64,000 nt of DNA from Spirochaetales bacterium (GTDB lineage: Bacteria > Spirochaetota > Spirochaetia > JABEVK01), in NCBI GenBank assembly GCA_013044245.1, contig JABEVK010000004.1, positions 1,842 through 65,841 on the forward strand, read 5' to 3'. Shown here piece by piece: positions 35,122 to 45,832 of the stretch. The position numbers and the translations under genes were made by a program. Under the pieces are notes generated by a model, which worked only from the letters and a program-made list of their open reading frames with translations, was not told the DNA's origin and did no database searches. Each line of letters opens with the position of its first letter. Position 1 is the first letter of the stretch.

Positions 35122-35892
35122 ATGAAAAAGAGACTTTTTTTGGTGTTGTTTCTGGGTGTTGCTCCATTTTTGATGGCACAAAAAGCTCCCCTTGAAAATC
35201 TTCACTTTTTAACTGAAGAGTTCCCGCCCTATAATTATGTGGAAAACGGCCAATTAGTTGGCAGTTCTCCCGAGATTCTTGCGGCTTTATTCACCCAACT
35301 CAAAGCCCCTCAAACTCTTCAAGAGGTAAAAGTCTTACCATGGGCCAGGGCGTATTCACAGCTCGAAACAGATCCCTGGGCCTGTTTGTTTAGCACAACC
35401 AAAACCAAAGAACGAGAACCCCTGTTCCAATGGGTTGGTCCCATTTCTCTGGCCCGCAACGTAGTAATCACCCTGGCGTCAAAGCATTTGACCTTGGCTC
35501 CCGGTGTTTCGTTGGCGCAGTCAAATTGGACCTTTGGAGCCGTCCGGGACGACGCCGGAGAACAATTGCTCATTGCTCACCACGTCCCTATGGCACAAAT
35601 CAGCTTAACGACCAATGCCCTGCAAGCTCTGGAGATGCTCAATTCGGGGAGAATTGACGCTTTTGCTTATGACGAAAGTGTCATCGATTGGTTGGCTCGG
35701 TCCCGAGGATGGGAGACTTCTCGTTATCAGGTTGCCGAAGTCTTAGAAACTGGCTACCACTATTTTGCTTTTAATCTCAAAGTACCCGCTGAGGTGATTA
35801 AAGAATTTCAAACCGCCTTGGACCACTTTAAAACTACAGGGCAGTACCAACAGATTCTGACTAAGTTTGGAGTGGTCATGCCACACTCCTAA
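35122..35892 (+). CDS. Periplasmic substrate-binding protein, family 3 (amino-acid type), no adjacent permease
   Basis: Signal peptide; TEEFPPYNY, PWARA, FQWVGP, GRIDA, YFAFN. Confidence 0.85.
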   Translation: MKKRLFLVLFLGVAPFLMAQKAPLENLHFLTEEFPPYNYVENGQLVGSSPEILAALFTQLKAPQTLQEVKVLPWARAYSQLETDPWACLFSTTKTKEREPLFQWVGPISLARNVVITLASKHLTLAPGVSLAQSNWTFGAVRDDAGEQLLIAHHVPMAQISLTTNALQALEMLNSGRIDAFAYDESVIDWLARSRGWETSRYQVAEVLETGYHYFAFNLKVPAEVIKEFQTALDHFKTTGQYQQILTKFGVVMPHS

Positions 35893-36007
35893 GGCAGAGA
35901 CCGGTCCTGGTGGATTTTTTAGAAAGAATAATAGAATTAAATTTCTCTTGAAGTTTTCAAGGGGTCGGTTTACCTTGAAAATAAACATGATTTAAGGCCG
36001 GTATAAC

Positions 36008-39000
36008 ATGAAGTTGAATCTTTTGGGAAAAATTGCCTTAGGCTTAGTCGTTTGGGGTCTAGGATCACCGTTATGGGGCATGGGGACTCAAGAAAAAGAC
36101 TTTCACAAGGTTCAAGGCAACGAGAACTGGACCTACACGTTCAACGTCAAGGATAAAAAGCCCGGACAGTATAACATTCTGGTGCGAGCAAAGGATATTG
36201 CCGGTAACACCTCGTTTGCCGGCCCTTACGACGTTTTTATAGACCCAAGAGCAAATTTACCGCAGTCAAGTGTGCTCATCCCAGTGGACGCTCAAAGGGT
36301 AGGCGGAGATATCAACATTTTGGGGGCGACCACGGGCGGCGAGGGAGCTAGTAAGGTCGAGATTCGGATTGACAATGGTAAATGGGAGGGCGTAACCGGT
36401 TCAAGCTTCTGGTCTTACTTTTGGAAAACCGCCGATGTCGCAGATGGAACGCATATCATTGAATCGCGAGCTACCGATTCGCAGGGGCTGACTGGGCCGA
36501 TTAGTAAAGTGACGTTTTTTCTTGACCGAAAAGAACCTGCCATTTCTGTGCTCAATCATCCCAGTGGTTCTTTAGTAGCGGGAAACGTTGATCTTAACGG
36601 TCAAGTGACCAATATGAACGGCGTTAAATCGTTGATGGTCAGCTTTGACGGCAAAAAAACTTTTCAGCAGGTTTCACTCGATGGGGATGAGCATCAGACC
36701 AAGCGAAACTGGCATTTGTCGTTAAACTCTACACAATATCATGACGGACCTTTGATTCTGTGGTTTGAATCCAAAAATACGCTTAACTCAGAAGGAAGTT
36801 TAGCCTACCTCCTCTTTATTGATAATACGCCACCCAAAATTACCTTGCTGAGCCCTTCAGCGAAAAGTACTGTTCATGGCGAGCTTCATTTAGTAGGCCG
36901 TGTCGAAGCTCCTATGGGGGTTAAAACGTTGAGTTTTCGGGTGAACGGCGGAAAAAAAATTCTGATTCCCATTATTGCAGGGGATCCCTATTTTTCTGCT
37001 GAATCCGATGTTGGTTCTTTACCGCCCTCTACACTCTCGGTGAATTTTGAGGCTGTCGACCCCTTGGGGAATATTGGCAAACTGGACGTTCCGCTCAACT
37101 TAGACCCCGCACAAGGCTACCCTCATTTGACCATTGATCAGACGTTGTATTCAAAACAGTTGATGGCTCCACTTTATGTTGAAGGAAGCGAAACTTGGGA
37201 ATATGGAAATCCCAGCGTTATCTACACATTAAATGGAGGTCCTGAAGTTCAGGTGGCCACAGGACCTGTCTTTCGTTTTGAAGTGCCGCATGTGGTATCG
37301 GGAGTCAATCATGTGACCCTTTGGCCGGTGGATGGCAAAGGTCAACGAGGACCAGCGGTCAAACTCAAGGTGGAAGTTGCGTTGGGGGCACCGCAAATTT
37401 CTGTCAACCAGCTTCAACAAGCAGGTAGCACTTTGCCCTATTCGGCTGGGGTGAGACTGCGAATTGATCAAAACCCGGTGCTTTTAGGAAAGGTTGACGC
37501 GGACAACCCGCTAAAATCGGTAATTTGGACGGTAGGCAACTTACCAGCAGTGTCTTTAGCCCTAACACCTGGAAGTCACACACTTTCGCTGACGTTGCCT
37601 TTGCCTAACAATACTCCTTTTGGGTTCGTTCCCGTGCAAGTAGATGTGGTCGATACCCGGGGTAAAACGCAAGTCTGGAAGTCTTTTGTCTGGATGGAGG
37701 ACCTGGGAAAACCCTTTGGACCTAAGGGGTTGAGCTTTCCAGAAGTGGGTTCACAGCCGGTGGTGATTACGCCACAAAAACCGTTGTTGGGCTGGTTCCA
37801 AGGAGCAGTTCCCAAAAGGGTGGAGTTCCATGGAGCGGCTCGGGATGTGCTTACTGCACAAGTGGAAGGACAACGAATTATCATAAAACCCACAGCCAGC
37901 CAAGACTTGGGTAAGGTCACTTTGGTCGTTTTTGACGACAAAAACCGATCTACGGAGGCGACTCTTGGCTCGGTGATTGCGGTCACGGGACCTCCTACCT
38001 TGAAAATTGTTACACCGCAAGAGGGGTCTTGGGTCCCCGGACGAGTTGAGGTTTCCTGTGACGCCAACAGCCCCTTGTCAGGCCTAAAAGTTTCGGCCAG
38101 CTGGGATGATGTTCACTGGGTTAGTTTGAATTCTACCGGTTCTCACTGGAAAGCCGAGCTTTCTACTCTACCAAATCAGGCACAGTTGCTAACCGTTAAA
38201 GCGGAGGATGCTGCGGGACAAACAGTCTATGAGCGCCTAGCCGTAAGAGCGGTTACAACTCCTCCTATCATTGTGTTCTCATCTGTTCCCGCTATGCCGC
38301 CCTCTCCTGGCGAGGTCCTCGTTAGTGGTCAAGTAACGACCACGGATCCCTTGGCGCTTCTTCAAGCAACAGTGGGGGGCAAGGTCGTGAGTTTGCCTCT
38401 TTCTGCAAATTTTGTATTTCCGGCAGATCCATCCCAACCTATTGTCGTAAAAGCGGTAGATCAAATGGGGAATACGTCTCAGTCCAAGTGGTCACCTCCT
38501 CCAGTGTTACCCGCTGGACAAACCTTAAACCCTCAAATTGTCATCGTTACTCCGGGAACTACGGCGCCCTCAACCTCGGGAGAAATTCTCATCGTGGGGC
38601 GAATGGTGGGCTTTTCCACGCTACCAAGCTTGTCAGGTTCGTGGGGAAGTGGGTGGGGTAATAACCCAACCTTCCCGGTTAAGGTAGACGCTCAGGGATG
38701 GTTTAGTTTGTTATGGAAACCAGGTCAACAACCCTCGCTGCATTTGAGTGCGACACTGGGGAAGCTACAGGTCGATCAGCAAGTCAATCTACCCTTTGAC
38801 CCACAAGCTGACTCTCCAACGGTACAATATTCGGGGTCAACAGGCGCCATCAGCTCTGCCGATTTTGCCTTGGCTCTCAATGGAAAGGGAAAAGCTGTGA
38901 CCTGGAAGCTAGACGGGGGTAACCCTGTTTCGATACCGGGGTACCCTGGTGTTTTTCACCTCAACTTGCCTCAATTAGCGCCGGGTAAACATGAGATCGA

Positions 39001-42000
39001 TGTTGCTGGTGTCAATACACAGGGTTCTCCAGGAGACTTTACGACGATTACTTTTCGTCTCAAAGAGAGCATCGTTCCTCCGCCCATTTTTGACTTACCC
39101 TTGGGTGCCGAGGTTGCTTCAACAACAGCGTCGGTGACAGGCTCGGTGGCCATGCAGACACCGCAAACGGCCAGCTATTTTGTTGGGCCTCCTTCATCTA
39201 CACGGTCGTGGCTTCCGCTAAACTTTACAACACAAAACGGCAAGCAAAGCTTCTCGATTCCCTTGCTTTCAAGTTTGCCTTATGGACGTTTAAATATCTG
39301 GGTCAAATTTGTTAACCAAGATGGTGTAGTCTCGGAAGTAGAAACTTGGGTTCATAAAATCTGGCCCATAAAAGTTTCGGATGATAGCACCGAAGGGTTG
39401 CGATGGAATGATGCCCACTTAACAGAATCGAATGAAATTCATTTAGCGACGGGCGGAGTTTTTCCTCTTGCCTTCTATGGACGTGACTTACAAAGTGTGA
39501 GGCTTATTCCCAGCGATACGCCAGTGAAACTGAATCGTCAAGGAACTCAGTTTAGCCTATCGTCGGAACAAGATGGGGTGTGGGGACCTGTCCGTGTTGA
39601 GGTCACTACCGTTGATGGCGATGTTTTTCGATCAAAACCGTGGACTTTTTTTGTGGGCAGTCAAGGACCGGCGATTTCCGTTAACGAGCCTGTCAATGGT
39701 GCATGGGTTCGCGACACCTTAGTGGTTTCTGGCTCCTCGTTATCGATTCCCGGCATCAAAATCGCACAGTACAGCGTTGATCGTGGAAGCACCTGGCACA
39801 GTATTCGTTTACGTGATGAACAACAGCAAAACGGTAAAATTGACCAGAAATTTCACTTCGAGATTCCCTTTGGTAAGGATCTACCGCAGGGCTTAGTTCC
39901 TGTGTGGGTTGCCATGCAGGATCGTACCGGTGTGCTGTCACAAAAAGTTGTGGTTGTGGACCATGACTCGCTTGATCCGGAGTTCCAGCTCATCACACCT
40001 CCCGTCAGTGTTAAGGTAATTGGTAAAACTACCATTGTCGGAAATGCGCAGGCTCCGGGCGGAAGAATGAAATTGGTGGAGTGGTCCTCGGATGGCAAAC
40101 ATTTCGAAGCCGCTAAAGGGACAAACTTTTTTCAGTGGCTTACCGACTTTTCTTCGTATGATCCGTTGCCGAAAGGTTTTTATATCAGGCTACGTGATGA
40201 AGCAGGGAATGTTGTTACAAAAGAGTTACATTTTCCCGTCGATGTTGAAGCTCGTAAACCTGTGGTTCAAATTCAGACCCCCGACGAAGGCCAGATTATT
40301 CGTTCAGATTTTCTCTTTTCGGGTATGGCATTTGACTACGCAGGGGTTAAGTCGATCACGTGGCGTCTAGATTCTGGCCCTTGGACAACGCAAGAAGTTA
40401 AGAATGGCTTTAGCGTTCCGATCTCGTTAGATTCTTTAACGGACAATGCACATACCTTTGAAGTATATGCGACAAATATTTATGGCAATGTCGGTAACGT
40501 TTCAAAACGGTTATTCAAGGTGTCATTAAGTGAACCCGTGGCGCTCGTGGCTGAACCAACGTTGGGGGCGACTCAGCGCCAATCCATCGTATTTCAGGGA
40601 GCAAGTTTTGACCGCAATGGCATCGCCAAGGTCGAAATTTCGACCGATAACGGCAAAACCTGGAACCATGCGGAGCTTCAAGACCAGGAAACTTGGCTGA
40701 AGACCTCGCCGCCGGTTTTAGCGAAAGAATACTTTAACAAGCCTGAATGGCGAAAACAGTGGACTTGGGCGTTTGATACGCAATCTTTGCAAGATGGAAC
40801 CTATTCTTTCCTGATACGGTCTACGGACTCCTATGGAACGGTAGGAATTTCCTCCACCTTGGTTTCTATTGATAATACCCCTCCGGTCCTCGAATTATCA
40901 CGACCGTTGGATGGGGAAGGCTTTTCGGGGGGCTTACACCTTGAGGGACGAGTCACTGACAACGGTATTCTTCGCGCTGTTCATGCAGAGATTCGTCCTC
41001 TTTCGAGTCCTACCGAGTCAGTTCAGGCGGGACCTCCACTGTTAGAATATGATTTACCCCTGACCCGTACCTTTACATTTGATGCGAAACCCAAGGATTT
41101 ACGTCCCGGTTGGTACAATGTAAGGGTTGAGGCCGTAGATTCCGCCGGAAACATTACGAGAATTGCTCGCAACATCCGTTGGGAAAAATCTAAAGTCCTC
41201 GACCGTGCCGACTTGTTGTACCCGCTCTCCGGGCAAACTCAGGTAGGAAAGATAGACATTCTTGGTCACTATGTGGGTGTAGGCGCCCCACAAAAGGCTG
41301 AAATACTCCTTGATGGCCAAACGGTGTTGATGACAAATATTACTAAGGCTGGCTATTTCCACGCCATACTCACTGCTAAAGAGGTTACCAAGGGCTCTCA
41401 TGTTATTTCAGCCCGGATTCAGCTTCCCGATGGAAGGTCCATTCTTTCAGAGGCAAGATCAATTTTGTTTGATCCTTTTGGACCTTGGGTCACCGTAGAT
41501 AGTCCTAGTTCAGGAGATTTCATCTCAACGCGACCTTGGATAGAAGGTCAGTCCGGGTGGGCTTTGCCACCATTGCCCAAAACAGCGACAAATCATCAGA
41601 AGGACGAGCGAAACCAATTCTTGAATGATCATCAAGTCGTGTCGGTGTCCTATTCGTTGGATGATGGAAAGACCTTTATTTCGGCTGACGGCAACACGCA
41701 ATGGAAATTCCGCTTAGAAAACCTAGGTTTTCCGGATGGGCCTCTGCCGATTCTGGTTCGAGCCATCTTTAGAGATGGCACGTTGGCTTATACCAACCTC
41801 TATGTCACCCAAGATCAGACGCCACCTCGAGTTGTGATTCTTGAACCGATCGAGAATGCAAGTTTTCGCCGTGAAATTCCTGTGGCGGGATGGGCGACAG
41901 ATAATTATCAATTATCTTCGGTGAAGGTCGCGCTGCGGACAGGAAATAAGCATAATTACGAAGTTCCCTCTTTTATCCAGGGCCTTTACACCGATGCTGA

Positions 42001-42442
42001 CATCTGGGGGGCTACCTACTGGGCCACCGGTGTAGGACTCACCTTCTTTAACGACAACGTCAAAATTCAAGCGATGATTGCTCAAGCTCCCGATGGTCGC
42101 TTTAGTGGTATGGTCTCGGGTGCGAAGTTAATCGCCAATATTGCTCGCATACCTTTCTCGTACTTTTTAGGACCCGATTGGGATTGGTTCTCGATGTCGG
42201 TGGGGGTTGGCGCCAATTTCTCGTACTTCTCGATGGGGGCTCCTTTGTTCAATTACAGCCAAGGGGTGTTTTTAGGCTCTGTATTGGGCCAGTGGGAGTT
42301 CGCGAAAATCTCTTTCGCAGACAATGAATTCTTTAAGTATATTTCGCTGTATTCCGAAATGACGGCATGGTTCATCTCGTCAGATGTTTTTCCCTCTACG
42401 GAATTAAAATTGTCTGGAGGAATTCGGATTGGATTGTTCTAA
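36008..42442 (+). CDS. Giant surface protein with tandem Ig-like domains and C-terminal beta-barrel-like anchor
   Basis: Signal peptide; repeated D.AGN, D.TPP and S.D.G.TW motifs; amphipathic C-terminal strands ending GIRIGLF. Confidence 0.8.
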   Translation: MKLNLLGKIALGLVVWGLGSPLWGMGTQEKDFHKVQGNENWTYTFNVKDKKPGQYNILVRAKDIAGNTSFAGPYDVFIDPRANLPQSSVLIPVDAQRVGGDINILGATTGGEGASKVEIRIDNGKWEGVTGSSFWSYFWKTADVADGTHIIESRATDSQGLTGPISKVTFFLDRKEPAISVLNHPSGSLVAGNVDLNGQVTNMNGVKSLMVSFDGKKTFQQVSLDGDEHQTKRNWHLSLNSTQYHDGPLILWFESKNTLNSEGSLAYLLFIDNTPPKITLLSPSAKSTVHGELHLVGRVEAPMGVKTLSFRVNGGKKILIPIIAGDPYFSAESDVGSLPPSTLSVNFEAVDPLGNIGKLDVPLNLDPAQGYPHLTIDQTLYSKQLMAPLYVEGSETWEYGNPSVIYTLNGGPEVQVATGPVFRFEVPHVVSGVNHVTLWPVDGKGQRGPAVKLKVEVALGAPQISVNQLQQAGSTLPYSAGVRLRIDQNPVLLGKVDADNPLKSVIWTVGNLPAVSLALTPGSHTLSLTLPLPNNTPFGFVPVQVDVVDTRGKTQVWKSFVWMEDLGKPFGPKGLSFPEVGSQPVVITPQKPLLGWFQGAVPKRVEFHGAARDVLTAQVEGQRIIIKPTASQDLGKVTLVVFDDKNRSTEATLGSVIAVTGPPTLKIVTPQEGSWVPGRVEVSCDANSPLSGLKVSASWDDVHWVSLNSTGSHWKAELSTLPNQAQLLTVKAEDAAGQTVYERLAVRAVTTPPIIVFSSVPAMPPSPGEVLVSGQVTTTDPLALLQATVGGKVVSLPLSANFVFPADPSQPIVVKAVDQMGNTSQSKWSPPPVLPAGQTLNPQIVIVTPGTTAPSTSGEILIVGRMVGFSTLPSLSGSWGSGWGNNPTFPVKVDAQGWFSLLWKPGQQPSLHLSATLGKLQVDQQVNLPFDPQADSPTVQYSGSTGAISSADFALALNGKGKAVTWKLDGGNPVSIPGYPGVFHLNLPQLAPGKHEIDVAGVNTQGSPGDFTTITFRLKESIVPPPIFDLPLGAEVASTTASVTGSVAMQTPQTASYFVGPPSSTRSWLPLNFTTQNGKQSFSIPLLSSLPYGRLNIWVKFVNQDGVVSEVETWVHKIWPIKVSDDSTEGLRWNDAHLTESNEIHLATGGVFPLAFYGRDLQSVRLIPSDTPVKLNRQGTQFSLSSEQDGVWGPVRVEVTTVDGDVFRSKPWTFFVGSQGPAISVNEPVNGAWVRDTLVVSGSSLSIPGIKIAQYSVDRGSTWHSIRLRDEQQQNGKIDQKFHFEIPFGKDLPQGLVPVWVAMQDRTGVLSQKVVVVDHDSLDPEFQLITPPVSVKVIGKTTIVGNAQAPGGRMKLVEWSSDGKHFEAAKGTNFFQWLTDFSSYDPLPKGFYIRLRDEAGNVVTKELHFPVDVEARKPVVQIQTPDEGQIIRSDFLFSGMAFDYAGVKSITWRLDSGPWTTQEVKNGFSVPISLDSLTDNAHTFEVYATNIYGNVGNVSKRLFKVSLSEPVALVAEPTLGATQRQSIVFQGASFDRNGIAKVEISTDNGKTWNHAELQDQETWLKTSPPVLAKEYFNKPEWRKQWTWAFDTQSLQDGTYSFLIRSTDSYGTVGISSTLVSIDNTPPVLELSRPLDGEGFSGGLHLEGRVTDNGILRAVHAEIRPLSSPTESVQAGPPLLEYDLPLTRTFTFDAKPKDLRPGWYNVRVEAVDSAGNITRIARNIRWEKSKVLDRADLLYPLSGQTQVGKIDILGHYVGVGAPQKAEILLDGQTVLMTNITKAGYFHAILTAKEVTKGSHVISARIQLPDGRSILSEARSILFDPFGPWVTVDSPSSGDFISTRPWIEGQSGWALPPLPKTATNHQKDERNQFLNDHQVVSVSYSLDDGKTFISADGNTQWKFRLENLGFPDGPLPILVRAIFRDGTLAYTNLYVTQDQTPPRVVILEPIENASFRREIPVAGWATDNYQLSSVKVALRTGNKHNYEVPSFIQGLYTDADIWGATYWATGVGLTFFNDNVKIQAMIAQAPDGRFSGMVSGAKLIANIARIPFSYFLGPDWDWFSMSVGVGANFSYFSMGAPLFNYSQGVFLGSVLGQWEFAKISFADNEFFKYISLYSEMTAWFISSDVFPSTELKLSGGIRIGLF

Positions 42443-42505
42443 ACCCCGAATTGTTTGAAATAATCTTGCGTTAATTTTTTTTCGAACGAAGGACAGTTCT
42501 CGGAA

Positions 42506-42541
42506 ATCCCCAGCTTGTTTATGATTTCACAGGCTGGGGAT
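42506..42541. terminator. Stem-loop between convergent genes (possible bidirectional terminator)
   Basis: ATCCCCAGCTTGT-10nt-ACAGGCTGGGGAT; no clear U-tract. Confidence 0.55.
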
Positions 42542-42547
42542 CACGAG

Positions 42548-43339
42548 TTACGGTTTTAACAGGCTTGCTTTGAGTTCTTTTGCGTGTTCATTATTAAACA
42601 CCAAAAGGTATTGCTGAATATCTCCGAACCATTTTTTTTGCACCTGACAGGCTTCTTTACCGATATACCGGAAATGCCAAGGTTCCCACATATACCCGGT
42701 GACGCTTTCAAGACCTTGAGGGTAACTCAGAGAAAACCCAAACTCCTCGGCATGAGCGTCCATCCATTTTCCTTCGGCGGTCTTGGCAAATTCTGGTGTT
42801 ATAGAGCCAAAGTCAGCGGCTAACCCCAACTGATGTTGACTTTGCCCCGGTCTAGCCGAATACCTTTCTGCGGTAGCCAAGCCATCCTCGTTAACATAGT
42901 GTTGAAAGAGATAACGTTGGTATGCCCAAGAGCGATAGCAGGAGGAAAATTTTAAACGCACCCCGTCCTTGCGGGCAGATCGGCTCATTTCCAAAAGTAC
43001 GGGCACGATTTCTTTGCGCATTTCTTCGGTGGGACGTGAAGTGTAAAGACCATAGCGGCTTAACCGCACTAAATCCCGGGGAGCATAGGTCTCGGGAAGG
43101 GCATGACCCTTGTCAACCAATACCATTTGATCCCAGGGGAGTGACAGCAAAGGTTTGTAATCCTCGAGAAACTCCCTAGGGTGGGCTAAGATAGGACCAG
43201 CTATACTGGGAGGCAGATCCGCCACCCAGGCTGTCAGCTGACCGAGAGATATTCTGAATGTTGGGTCAGGGGCAGACTGAGCCCAAAGAGCCCCGCTCAA
43301 GGCCAGACTCGCGATAACGAAAGATGAGAATTTACGCAT
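42548..43339 (-). CDS. M15B zinc carboxypeptidase (VanY/LdcB-like)
   Basis: SCYRS, SARPGQSQHQLGLAAD, EPWHFRYIG; signal peptide. Confidence 0.92.
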   Translation of the reverse strand: MRKFSSFVIASLALSGALWAQSAPDPTFRISLGQLTAWVADLPPSIAGPILAHPREFLEDYKPLLSLPWDQMVLVDKGHALPETYAPRDLVRLSRYGLYTSRPTEEMRKEIVPVLLEMSRSARKDGVRLKFSSCYRSWAYQRYLFQHYVNEDGLATAERYSARPGQSQHQLGLAADFGSITPEFAKTAEGKWMDAHAEEFGFSLSYPQGLESVTGYMWEPWHFRYIGKEACQVQKKWFGDIQQYLLVFNNEHAKELKASLLKP

Positions 43340-43344
43340 TCCTT

Positions 43345-43373
43345 AAGATGGAATAATCCCACTTAGTCGTCAA
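43345..43373 (-). promoter_or_regulatory. sigma70-type promoter, leaderless geometry
   Basis: TTGACG-17nt-CATCTT-5nt-ATG(43339). Confidence 0.55.
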
Positions 43374-45766
43374 GCATCTCCCTTTTTCTTGGCACGAAGC
43401 TCGTTGAGATTCACTCCCAACATGATCTCGAGGACTTCTTCCATACGGTTAATGGGTTTAAATTCTAGCCCCTTACGAATATAATCTGGAATTTCCTCCC
43501 AATCTTTTTCATTAGATTTGGGGAACAAAATTGTTTTGACACCACTACGTCGGGCAGCAATCACTTTTTCCTTTAGGCCGCCAATGGGCATGACTTTACC
43601 GGTTAACGAGAGCTCGCCAGTCATGGCGGTTTTAGAAAGCACAACTTTGCCCATGGCTAAGGAAGCTAAGGCTGTTGCCATGGTTACCCCAGCTGAAGGC
43701 CCGTCTTTGGGTGTGGCCCCTTCGGGAATATGCAAGTGTACCGACCAACGGTCAAAGAAAGCCTCGCTTATTCCTAGTACCTTAGCGTGGGCATGAACCC
43801 AGGTGTAGGCAATTTGAGCGCTTTCTTTCATCACGTCTCCCATTCGCCCCGTCAGCCGAATACCCCCTTTGCCCGGTGTTCTTACGGCTTCAATGATCAA
43901 GACCGCACCACCATAGCTTGTCCAGGCTAAACCCATAACCATGCCGGGACTTACCAAAGGAATTTCTTCTTCTTCGGGAAAGGAAGGGCGACCGAGATAT
44001 TCTTCTAACGAAGTGGAGTCCACGGTCAACGGTAAGGGAACATTTTCAGTCACAACTTTTAACGCCAATTTCCGGTGGATGCGGTCAAGAGCTTTTTCAA
44101 AGTTTCGCATCCCGGCTTCTCGAGCGTAGTGGCGACTAATTTCCGAAAGCGTTTTTTTGGAATATTTGACGTTATTTTTGCCCAAACCTGCGGCTTCCAG
44201 GCTTTTGGGGATGAGGTACTTTTGGGCAATGGCAACTTTTTCTTCTTCGATATAGCCTGAAAGTCGGATAATTTCCATACGGTCAAGGAGGGGGCGCGGG
44301 ATAGTATCCAGGGCATTAGCGGTGGCTATAAACAAGACATGCGAAATATCAAAGGGAAGATCGACGTAATGATCCCTAAAATTAATATTTTGCTCAGGAT
44401 CAAGAACCTCCAACAGAGCGCTCGAAGGATCTCCTTGATAGCTCGACCCGAGTTTATCAATCTCATCAATCATAAAAACAGGGTTTCGTGTCCCAGTAAT
44501 CTTGAGCCCTTGAATGATCTTGCCAGGCATTGCTCCAACATAGGTTCGCCTGTGCCCTTTGATCTCAGCCTCATCTCGCATGCCGCCTACACTAAAGCGA
44601 AAGAAGGGGCGTTTTAGAGCCTTGGCGATGGATTTTCCTATACTGGTCTTACCCACACCGGGGGGACCTAAGAGTAAAACGATGGATCCTTTACTGTCAC
44701 TTTTGAGTTTTTTTATCGCCAGGAATTCTAAAATTCGTTTTTTGACATCCTCAAGACCGTAATGATCTTGGTCAAGAACTCGTTTGGCGTAAGCCATATC
44801 TACCATTTCGAGGGCTTCTTGCTTCCACGGGAGCGAGCAAATCGTTTCGAGATAATTTCTTGTCACGATAAATTCGCTAGAATTCGGGTCCATGAGCGCA
44901 AATTTTTCAAGCTCGGAGGTAACGGTTTCTTTCAGTTCGCCACTAAACTGAAACGACTCAATTTTTTCTTTGAATTTTTGGTAATCGGACGTTTTGGCAT
45001 CCGAGGTAATTCCTAATTCCTTCTGAATGGTTTTTAGTTCTTCACGAAGAAAGAACTCGCGTTGATTTTTTTCGAGCTTTTCGTTGATCTGCTTCGAAAT
45101 CTTTTTTTGAAGCTTAACTAACTCCTGTTCTTTTTTAATCGCGAGAAGAACATGTTGCATCCGTTCGCGAACATCCAAGGTTTCGAGAAGTTTTTGCTGT
45201 TCGTCTTTGTTGATATTGAGAATACTGGCTATGAAATCGGTGAGCTTGCCTGGTTGATCAATATTGACCATGTTCAGACGCATTTCTTCAGAAAACAGGG
45301 GATTATTTTCTGATAGTGTTTTCATGTCCGCAAAGATCGAACGCGTAAGCGCTTTGATTTCCTGTGAAAATTTTTCGTCTATAATTTCATCTAAATATTC
45401 AACGGCCGCTGTTCGAAACGGGTCTTCGGTGAGCATCTTTTTAATTTGGAAGCGCTTGAGCGTAGTCACAAAAATATTGACGCCACCATCTGGCAAATTG
45501 ATTTTTTTCAGAATTTTGGCGGCGGTTCCAATATCGTAAAGGACTTCAGGTGCATCCTCTTGCTCCGAGTTTGCTTCTTGGCGAACAAGAACCAAGCCCA
45601 AGACTTTTGCGCCGCTCATGGCATCTTCCACAACGGCGACATCAGCAGGATCGGTGATCATCAAAGGGGTAAAGATCCCCGGGAAGATTGGTCGCATTTC
45701 TAGCGGAACAAGCGACAGCTTGTTAGGTAATAACTGGTCGGCAGGGATTAACGGGTTGTCACTCAT
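43370..45766 (-). CDS. lon: ATP-dependent protease La
   Basis: LON N-domain, GPPGVGKT, IDEIDK, PKDGPSAG (Ser), PIGGLKEK (Lys). Confidence 0.98.
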   Translation of the reverse strand: MSDNPLIPADQLLPNKLSLVPLEMRPIFPGIFTPLMITDPADVAVVEDAMSGAKVLGLVLVRQEANSEQEDAPEVLYDIGTAAKILKKINLPDGGVNIFVTTLKRFQIKKMLTEDPFRTAAVEYLDEIIDEKFSQEIKALTRSIFADMKTLSENNPLFSEEMRLNMVNIDQPGKLTDFIASILNINKDEQQKLLETLDVRERMQHVLLAIKKEQELVKLQKKISKQINEKLEKNQREFFLREELKTIQKELGITSDAKTSDYQKFKEKIESFQFSGELKETVTSELEKFALMDPNSSEFIVTRNYLETICSLPWKQEALEMVDMAYAKRVLDQDHYGLEDVKKRILEFLAIKKLKSDSKGSIVLLLGPPGVGKTSIGKSIAKALKRPFFRFSVGGMRDEAEIKGHRRTYVGAMPGKIIQGLKITGTRNPVFMIDEIDKLGSSYQGDPSSALLEVLDPEQNINFRDHYVDLPFDISHVLFIATANALDTIPRPLLDRMEIIRLSGYIEEEKVAIAQKYLIPKSLEAAGLGKNNVKYSKKTLSEISRHYAREAGMRNFEKALDRIHRKLALKVVTENVPLPLTVDSTSLEEYLGRPSFPEEEEIPLVSPGMVMGLAWTSYGGAVLIIEAVRTPGKGGIRLTGRMGDVMKESAQIAYTWVHAHAKVLGISEAFFDRWSVHLHIPEGATPKDGPSAGVTMATALASLAMGKVVLSKTAMTGELSLTGKVMPIGGLKEKVIAARRSGVKTILFPKSNEKDWEEIPDYIRKGLEFKPINRMEEVLEIMLGVNLNELRAKKKGDA

Positions 45767-45772
45767 GAGCTG

Positions 45773-45827
45773 AATTTAGAAAAAAAAAGGTACTTAGGGC
45801 AAGTGTTCTCGAAAAATATGCTAAATT
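45773..45827. promoter_or_regulatory. Divergent promoters for lon (-) and recO (+), both leaderless geometry
   Basis: lon: TTGCCC-18nt-TAAATT-6nt-ATG; recO: TGcTAAATT-5nt-GTG; no SD on either side. Confidence 0.6.
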
Positions 45828-45832
45828 AAACT

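Noticed and set aside
37576..38067. Long antisense/alternate-frame ORFs (e.g. 37576-38067, 46035-46466, 56287-56742)
   Set aside because: Fully inside well-supported genes, with no recognisable motifs or start signals.
36008..42442. Sialidase/neuraminidase call from Asp-box-like motifs
   Set aside because: Motifs are hundreds of residues apart in Ig-like units; no compact propeller or evident Arg triad.
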